From the NCBI GenBank assembly GCA_964596705.1, contig CAZQVG010000001.1:14969-78968 (forward strand): a DNA stretch of 64,000 bases. The letters run 5' to 3'. Positions 58,608 through 64,000 of this stretch are shown here, piece by piece; the first letter of the stretch is position 1, and every line of letters starts with the position of its first letter. The notes below the pieces were generated by a model that ran no database searches, was not told the DNA's origin, and saw nothing but the letters and a program-made list of their open reading frames with translations. Made by a program: the position numbers and the translations under genes. The stretch is from Candidatus Woesearchaeota archaeon (GTDB lineage: Archaea > Nanobdellota > Nanobdellia > SCGC-AAA011-G17 > PNOQ01).

Positions 58608-59882
58608 TTAATACCCCCCGATTTTTTTCTTTCCAACATACTTTCTCAATGGTTTAGGAATTGTTATTGTCCCATCTTTATTTTGGAAATTTTCTATTAT
58701 TACTCTCATTGTCCTCGATGTTGCTATTGCGGTGTTGTTTAGTGTGTGTACATATTTTCTTTCTTCCCCTTTGATATACTTTATATTTGACCTCACTGCT
58801 TGATAACTTGTACAGTTTGAACATGATCCTACCTCTTTATATTCTTGTTCTCTAGGGAACCAAGCTTCAATATCATATTTTTTAGCTGCAACAGTACCAA
58901 TATCCCCTGTACATATATTTACAACCCTATAAGGGATCCCCAATTTTTTATATAGTTCTTCAGAATTTCTTTGTAATTCTTCAAACAAATCCCAAGAATC
59001 TTCTGGCTTTGAGATTATTACTTGTTCTACCTTATTAAATTGATGTACTCTGAATAAGCCCCTTGTATCTACTCCATGGCTTCCAATTTCCTTTCTGAAA
59101 CAAGGTGATATCCCCACGAATTTTAAGGGTAAATCTTTTTCTTGAAATACTTCGTTTGAATGTAATGCTACTAGAGGGTGTTCTGAAGTAGCAATTAAAT
59201 AAAGATCTTCTTTATCTATTTTATACATAACATTTTCAAAATCTGAAAGATCTGTTGTTCCAGAATATGCTTCTTTATTTAGCATTAAAGGCGGAAGAAT
59301 AGGAGTATATCCTTTTTTTACTAAAAAATCTACTGCAAATCTTTGTAGCGCCATATCTAGCAAAACAAGATCACTCAGAACATAATAAAAACCTGCACCT
59401 GAAACCTGTGAAGCTTTTTTGAAATTTGCTAATCCTATTTTTTCTAAAAACTCTCCATGAGGCATTAATTCAAAGTTTGGAATTTTTGGTTCTCCAAAAA
59501 ATCTTATTGGAACATTATCTTTTTCATCTTTTCCAATTGGAACCGATTCGTGCAAGATATTTGGCAACCTCATTAAATAAGAATCAATTTGTTGTTTTAA
59601 TTCATTCATTTCATTTTCAACATTAGTTATTTTCTCTGGAATAGATTTTGCAAGTTTTAGATGGTTCTCAATTGATTTTCCTTGTTGTTTTAATTCCCTA
59701 ATCTCGTTTGTTAACTCGTTTCTTTGTTTTCTTAATCTATCTGCTTTTTGTTTAAGGTTTCTCCACCTCTTGTCTTTTATTAATATTTCATCTACCCAAG
59801 AAATCTTATCAGATTGATCCCTCTTTTTTAAGTTATCTTTTATTATATCTGGATTATCTCTGACAAAATGTATGTCTAACAT
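58608..59882 (-). CDS. serS: Seryl-tRNA synthetase
   Basis: MLDI, LIATSEH, CFRKE.G, GLFRVHQF.KVEQ and HTLNNTAIA motifs. Confidence 0.97.
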   Translation of the reverse strand: MLDIHFVRDNPDIIKDNLKKRDQSDKISWVDEILIKDKRWRNLKQKADRLRKQRNELTNEIRELKQQGKSIENHLKLAKSIPEKITNVENEMNELKQQIDSYLMRLPNILHESVPIGKDEKDNVPIRFFGEPKIPNFELMPHGEFLEKIGLANFKKASQVSGAGFYYVLSDLVLLDMALQRFAVDFLVKKGYTPILPPLMLNKEAYSGTTDLSDFENVMYKIDKEDLYLIATSEHPLVALHSNEVFQEKDLPLKFVGISPCFRKEIGSHGVDTRGLFRVHQFNKVEQVIISKPEDSWDLFEELQRNSEELYKKLGIPYRVVNICTGDIGTVAAKKYDIEAWFPREQEYKEVGSCSNCTSYQAVRSNIKYIKGEERKYVHTLNNTAIATSRTMRVIIENFQNKDGTITIPKPLRKYVGKKKIGGY

Positions 59883-60021
59883 AGGATTTGAAAAAAAACA
59901 TAATTATATAAATGTTTTGATAGTTACTAATATAACAAAAATGTATGTTAGAAAACATATAATTTGTACTATATAAAGATTTAAATATACATGTTATATT
60001 ACAATCATTGGTGGGGAAAAC

Positions 60022-60291
60022 ATGACAAATAAAGACATTTTCGAGGTATTTTTTAGAAGGAAACCGTCGATGATATTGGTGGCTTTAAGAAACAACGCAA
60101 AGGCAAAATATGGGTCTGTTTTGGCTAAAGAGGTTGATTGTACATATTCACATGCAGTTAAGATTCTTCAAGAAATGGAAAAAAACAAGTTAGTTCAGTT
60201 TGAAAAGAAAGGAAGAATCAAGACTATCAAACTGACAGAGACTGGTGAGAGAATAGCAGATCACATAGAAAGAATCAGAAACTTATTATGA
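60022..60291 (+). CDS. Winged-helix (MarR-like) DNA-binding protein
   Basis: LAKEVDCTYSH.VKIL...K.GR...I.LTE.G. Confidence 0.85.
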   Translation: MTNKDIFEVFFRRKPSMILVALRNNAKAKYGSVLAKEVDCTYSHAVKILQEMEKNKLVQFEKKGRIKTIKLTETGERIADHIERIRNLL

Positions 60292-60593
60292 CTTTTTCTA
60301 AAAGTTTTCCAAGGACAAGTGACAAGACGGCGTACCCAAGTTGGGAAGAGATTACTTTAAACGATGAAGAAGAAAGAGAAGTTGATAGGCGTGCTAGAGT
60401 AGAAAATATTAAATTAATGGAAGAATGTATTGAAGATGCCCGAAAAATATTCGAAAATAGTAACTTAAGAGATTATCAGAGCGATATAGTTCGTGTGGCT
60501 ATTTCTTTATTTGAAAAAAGAGCTTCTCATTCTGTATATTGGAAAGAGCGAGTTTGTAAAGATAAGTTTGATGAATTATTTAATAAAAAATGA
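60288..60593 (+). CDS. Hypothetical protein
   Basis: 101-aa ORF with ATGA coupling to the wHTH gene. Confidence 0.7.
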   Translation: MTFSKSFPRTSDKTAYPSWEEITLNDEEEREVDRRARVENIKLMEECIEDARKIFENSNLRDYQSDIVRVAISLFEKRASHSVYWKERVCKDKFDELFNKK

Positions 60594-60594
60594 G

Positions 60595-60669
60595 TGGGCC
60601 CGACGGGATTTGAACCCGCGACCCCGTGGTTAAGAGCCACGTGCTCTAACCAAGCTGAGCTACGGACCC
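60595..60669 (-). tRNA. tRNA-Lys(CTT); no intron, no encoded CCA
   Basis: GGGTCCG acceptor stem; anticodon arm CGTGG[CTCTTAA]CCACG; T loop TTCAAAT. Confidence 0.95.
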
Positions 60670-60717
60670 ACATCTAAGATTCTGAGAACTACTCGGCTTT
60701 AAAAATTTTTTGAAAAA

Positions 60718-61503
60718 CTAAGAAATAGATTTTGTGAATAAAACCCACCTAACTCCAATAAAGATGAGGAATAAAAAGTACGCTATGTTCACAACCCAAA
60801 GGATTACATTCCTGATTTGTGTTATTGCATATAATGCAACTATCAAAAAGGCAGATCCTGCACCGATTAATATCATTTGTTGTAAATTTTCCTTAGCGTA
60901 ATTAAGTGCATAATCTTTCATATCTGAACAGCCAGTATTTAAACATCTGCCATGATATTCAGTTCCATTAATTATTACCTTATATTCAGATAATCCTGTA
61001 ACATAATAATAAACAAATATCGTCCCAGTTATAATTGCAGAAACAACAATGAATGCTAAGAGATACCAGAGCAGCATTTTCCAATTAAATGGTTTTTTTG
61101 GTTTTTCTTCTTTTTTTTGCTCAATAGGTTTCTGTTTAGTTTGTTGTGCTGGCCCTGCTGCCTTAAATCCTTCTTCTATTAAGTTAGCTGGCCATCTTTT
61201 AGCAGTTAATGCATTTCTTATTGTTTCGTCTTTTATTCCCCTCTCTCGGGATTTTAAGATGAAATTTTTTAAGATTAGAATTTGTGCTTGAATTTTCTCA
61301 TTTCGAGTTTGTTGTGTGTTTGTTTTAGGTTGTTTTGAGATTTGATGAGAAATTAGTTTTTTGTTTGATTCTGCTAATTTAAATGCTTCAGATAATTCTT
61401 TTTTAGACCATCCGTTTTTTGTTAAGATTTTAGTAAGCTCATCTTTTGTATATCCCTTCTGAAGATGCCTTTTAAGATAATTAACTAATGCTAGATCAAC
61501 CAT
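60718..61503 (-). CDS. Hypothetical membrane protein with two small helical repeats
   Basis: YLKRHLQKGYTKDEL...L...GW repeated as FILKSRERGIKDETI...L...RW; three C-terminal TM segments. Confidence 0.75.
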   Translation of the reverse strand: MVDLALVNYLKRHLQKGYTKDELTKILTKNGWSKKELSEAFKLAESNKKLISHQISKQPKTNTQQTRNEKIQAQILILKNFILKSRERGIKDETIRNALTAKRWPANLIEEGFKAAGPAQQTKQKPIEQKKEEKPKKPFNWKMLLWYLLAFIVVSAIITGTIFVYYYVTGLSEYKVIINGTEYHGRCLNTGCSDMKDYALNYAKENLQQMILIGAGSAFLIVALYAITQIRNVILWVVNIAYFLFLIFIGVRWVLFTKSIS

Positions 61504-61573
61504 AATTTTATTTTTGAATTTGCTATTTAAAAAAGTTACTAATGGAAAATTATATAAATTCGTCTTTTAAATT

Positions 61574-62278
61574 ATGATTAAGATGAAAATTGAATTAAAT
61601 AAAACTCCACAAAATGTTAGAATAATAGAAGGTTTTCCTGGTTTTGGATTAATTGGTACTATAACAACGGAATATTTGTTAGACCATATTGACGACATAG
61701 AAAAAATTGGGTCAGTGTGGTTTAACGAAATGAATCCATTAATTGCAATCCATGAGGGAGAAGTTATTGACCCATTAGGGATATTTTATTCGAAAAAATA
61801 TAATTTAGTTTTATTACATGCAGTAACTAATGTAAATGGTGTCGAATGGAAACTCGCAGACGCTGTAAATGAAGTTGCAAAAAGATTAAAGGCAAAGGAG
61901 ATAATTTGTGTAGAAGGGATAGGTGCATTAAATAGAGTAAATGGCGGAGTTTATTATATCTCAAATTCGAATTTGGAGTCTGCAGGAGCCAAAAAAATGA
62001 GCGAAGGGATTGTTATGGGAGTTACTGCTGCAATATTATTGAAAACTAAAAATTTTCCATTATCATGTTTGTTAGCAGAAACGTCAAGTAATTTACCAGA
62101 TAGTAGAGCATCTGCTAGAGTGATAAAGGTATTAGATCAGTATTTGGGATTACAAGTAGATTATAAACCTTTATTAAAAAAAGCAGAAATGTTTGAGAAC
62201 AAATTGAAGGGAATTTTGAAGCAAGCTAATGTTGCAAAGAAAAAGAAAATAAAGAAGGAAATAAGCTATATGGGTTAG
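61574..62278 (+). CDS. PAC2-family proteasome assembly chaperone
   Basis: IEGFPG.GLIG.I..EYL and PDSRAS motifs; C-terminal SYMG (HbYX-like). Confidence 0.9.
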   Translation: MIKMKIELNKTPQNVRIIEGFPGFGLIGTITTEYLLDHIDDIEKIGSVWFNEMNPLIAIHEGEVIDPLGIFYSKKYNLVLLHAVTNVNGVEWKLADAVNEVAKRLKAKEIICVEGIGALNRVNGGVYYISNSNLESAGAKKMSEGIVMGVTAAILLKTKNFPLSCLLAETSSNLPDSRASARVIKVLDQYLGLQVDYKPLLKKAEMFENKLKGILKQANVAKKKKIKKEISYMG

Positions 62279-62308
62279 TTTTATATATTTTATTTACTTT
62301 CCTTTTTT

Positions 62309-62674
62309 ATGCACGATAATTCATTTTTAAAAAATATTTTAGTTTTTTTCTTTATTTTTATCGGGATTTATGTCATTAAAAATATTAACAATGTCTTTAT
62401 TGCAACAATAATAGTCTATTTTGTAGGAAGGTTATTTTTCAAATATAAGCCAAGTATTCTCGAGAATTTTGAAGATGGCCCAGTTAGATATACCTTGTTA
62501 TGCCACACATGTAATTGGGAATGGATGTCAAACGTAACAGACAAAAAATATTCAAAAAAATGTCCTAATTGTGGAGACGACTCTAAAATCGAGGTAATAG
62601 GGGTGAGAAAAGTAAGTAAGGCAGTAAAAAGAAGCAATAAAGATTTAACAAGTTATTTTAGAAAACAAAAATAA
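62309..62674 (+). CDS. Membrane protein with C-terminal Zn ribbon
   Basis: Two TM segments; CHTC.WEW...CPNCG. Confidence 0.7.
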   Translation: MHDNSFLKNILVFFFIFIGIYVIKNINNVFIATIIVYFVGRLFFKYKPSILENFEDGPVRYTLLCHTCNWEWMSNVTDKKYSKKCPNCGDDSKIEVIGVRKVSKAVKRSNKDLTSYFRKQK

Positions 62675-62697
62675 AAGAAGAGATTATCTCTTCTTTT
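62673..62697. terminator. Inverted repeat between convergent genes, possible terminator
   Basis: AAAAGAAGAGA-TTA-TCTCTTCTTTT, 11-bp stem. Confidence 0.45.
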
Positions 62698-62863
62698 TCT
62701 TTTTAGTTGTTTTTTTCTTTGTTACCTTCTTTTTTGCAGCGGTCTTTTTCTTTTTCTTACCGCCTCTTGCCATCTTTGCTTCACAAACGTTTCCGTTTGC
62801 GTCGACATAGTAAAGGTAACCTGGTTTTCTTTCAACTACATTCTTTGCAATAATTTTTCCCAA
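62684..62863 (-). CDS. Cc1-like small basic chromatin protein with Lys-rich tail (59 aa)
   Basis: TTG start after SD AGGAGGTGA; MGKIIAKNVVERKPGYLYYVDANGNVCEAKMARGGKKKKKTAAKKKVTKKKTTKKKKKR; below the ORF-track size cutoff. Confidence 0.8.
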   Translation of the reverse strand: MGKIIAKNVVERKPGYLYYVDANGNVCEAKMARGGKKKKKTAAKKKVTKKKTTKKKKKR

Positions 62864-63072
62864 GCTTATTCACCTCCTTTTACGAGAATAATTTAATTAA
62901 ATTTTGAAATTACTCATATATAAATGTTATTGAACCCCTCGACGGTGAGACAAACATTTACATGTTTTAGTTTTTGATTAAATCTTTTAGGTACATAAAT
63001 TAATAAAACTTTTAATATATGCTTAAAATATTTTAGACCAATATCTTTTAATTTTCGCTTAAAACTTTTATT

Positions 63073-63897
63073 CTATAAATCATCCAATAAATTTGGAATT
63101 TTCTTTAACCTTTCACGTGTTACTTTCGTATATACTTGAGTCGTCGATACATCGGAATGTCCAAGCATCTCTTGGATTTCCCTAAGATTTACTCCTTTCT
63201 CTAGATAATGGGTAGCGAAGCTGTGCCTTAGTTTATGAGGAGTAACCTTTTTTTGTATATTTGCTCTTTTTGCTGCAATACGTATGATTTTTTGTATGTT
63301 TCTAGAGGTTAGATGCTCTTTATTTCGGCCAGGAAACAGATAAATTTCGTTTTCATCCAGGGTTTGAATATATTTTTTGATATCTTCTGCCAGATTTTTA
63401 GAAATATTGAAAGATCTATCTTTATTTCCTTTTCCTGCTCGCACCCAACCTTCAAGAGATTCGAGGTCTAAATCATTTATTTTTAATTTTATACACTCAC
63501 TTACCCGCAATCCAGTTGAATAAAGTATCCTTATAATTAATTTAGACTTTTTTGAAGGTGCTGATTCAATCAATCTTTTTACTTCTTCTTTTGTTAGCAC
63601 TTCTGGAAGTGATTTGGGAATTTTTGGGGATTTGAACTTAACTATATCCCTATGCATAACTTCATCAAAAAAGAATTTTAATGATGCTCTTTTTAGAGCA
63701 ATTGTTCTAGGAGATTGTTTTTTATCAGAAATGAGATGAGCAAAATACTCTTTTATGTCATCTTCTGTGATCTCCAGAGGATTTTTTTCAGAATATTCAA
63801 AAAATAATTTAGTGTTTAATAAATAAGATTTTATTGTTTGCTCTGAAAATCCCCTTAACTTTAACTCAATTTCTAATTTTTTTAGGTATTTTTCCAT
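63073..63897 (-). CDS. xerA: XerA-like tyrosine recombinase
   Basis: N-terminal SAM-like domain; catalytic R (TGLRVSE), K (GKGNKDR), HxxR (HKLRH), H (LGH) and Y (TQVYT) all intact. Confidence 0.9.
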   Translation of the reverse strand: MEKYLKKLEIELKLRGFSEQTIKSYLLNTKLFFEYSEKNPLEITEDDIKEYFAHLISDKKQSPRTIALKRASLKFFFDEVMHRDIVKFKSPKIPKSLPEVLTKEEVKRLIESAPSKKSKLIIRILYSTGLRVSECIKLKINDLDLESLEGWVRAGKGNKDRSFNISKNLAEDIKKYIQTLDENEIYLFPGRNKEHLTSRNIQKIIRIAAKRANIQKKVTPHKLRHSFATHYLEKGVNLREIQEMLGHSDVSTTQVYTKVTRERLKKIPNLLDDL

Positions 63898-63940
63898 AAT
63901 TATCCCTCTTTTTTATGAAAAATACGGCAAAACTAGTATA

Positions 63941-63976
63941 TAAAAGTTCGTATAATGTATCTTATGCGAACTTTTA
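63941..63976. other. dif-like tyrosine recombinase target site
   Basis: TAAA-AGTTCGTATAA-TGTATC-TTATGCGAACT-TTTA: 11-6-11 core, arms extend to 15 bp with one mismatch. Confidence 0.8.
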
Positions 63977-64000
63977 GGCATATTTTGGTTATTTTACTGG

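Noticed and set aside
59883..59925. Ser-rich leader peptide upstream of serS, by analogy with ileS
   Set aside because: The TATA box sits about 25 nt before the serS ATG, leaving no room for a uORF.
60595..63897. Integrated element bounded by tRNA-Lys and the tyrosine recombinase
   Set aside because: The intervening genes look chromosomal (PAC2, chromatin protein), no duplicated tRNA 3' end was found, and the recombinase has its own dif-like site.

Overview
AT-rich, very compact archaeal chromosome segment. The gene content (single-chain PriS-PriL primase, ribosomal superoperon lacking adk and cmk, Pol II-like PolB, short Nmd3) points to a DPANN lineage such as Woesearchaeota; this assignment is inference. 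The window holds a short accessory region (1-5.5 kb), the L3-to-L14e ribosomal superoperon, primase, Alba, two intron-less tRNAs, a large secreted S8 protease, and a replication/translation block (topo VI, aIF1A, aIF2-beta, RPA, MCM, TBP, IleRS, RFC, FEN1, PolB, Cdc48, RadB-like, TopA, SerRS). It ends with a XerA recombinase. The most notable unannotated signals are: (1) a 14-codon Ile-rich leader peptide (MSKIIQIRTISIII), a hairpin and a second coupled uORF in front of ileS, a candidate ribosome-mediated attenuator in an archaeon; (2) a near-symmetric dif/loxP-like site overlapping the xerA promoter; (3) a GC-rich structured ~80-nt intergenic RNA candidate; (4) a fused primase with only one Cys, so it cannot hold the canonical Fe-S cluster; (5) a missed 59-aa Cc1-like chromatin protein with a Lys-rich tail; (6) a perfect 70-bp repeat between the two AAA domains of cdc48. 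No CRISPR array, rRNA or transposase was seen. All family calls come from motif recognition by eye, not from database searches.
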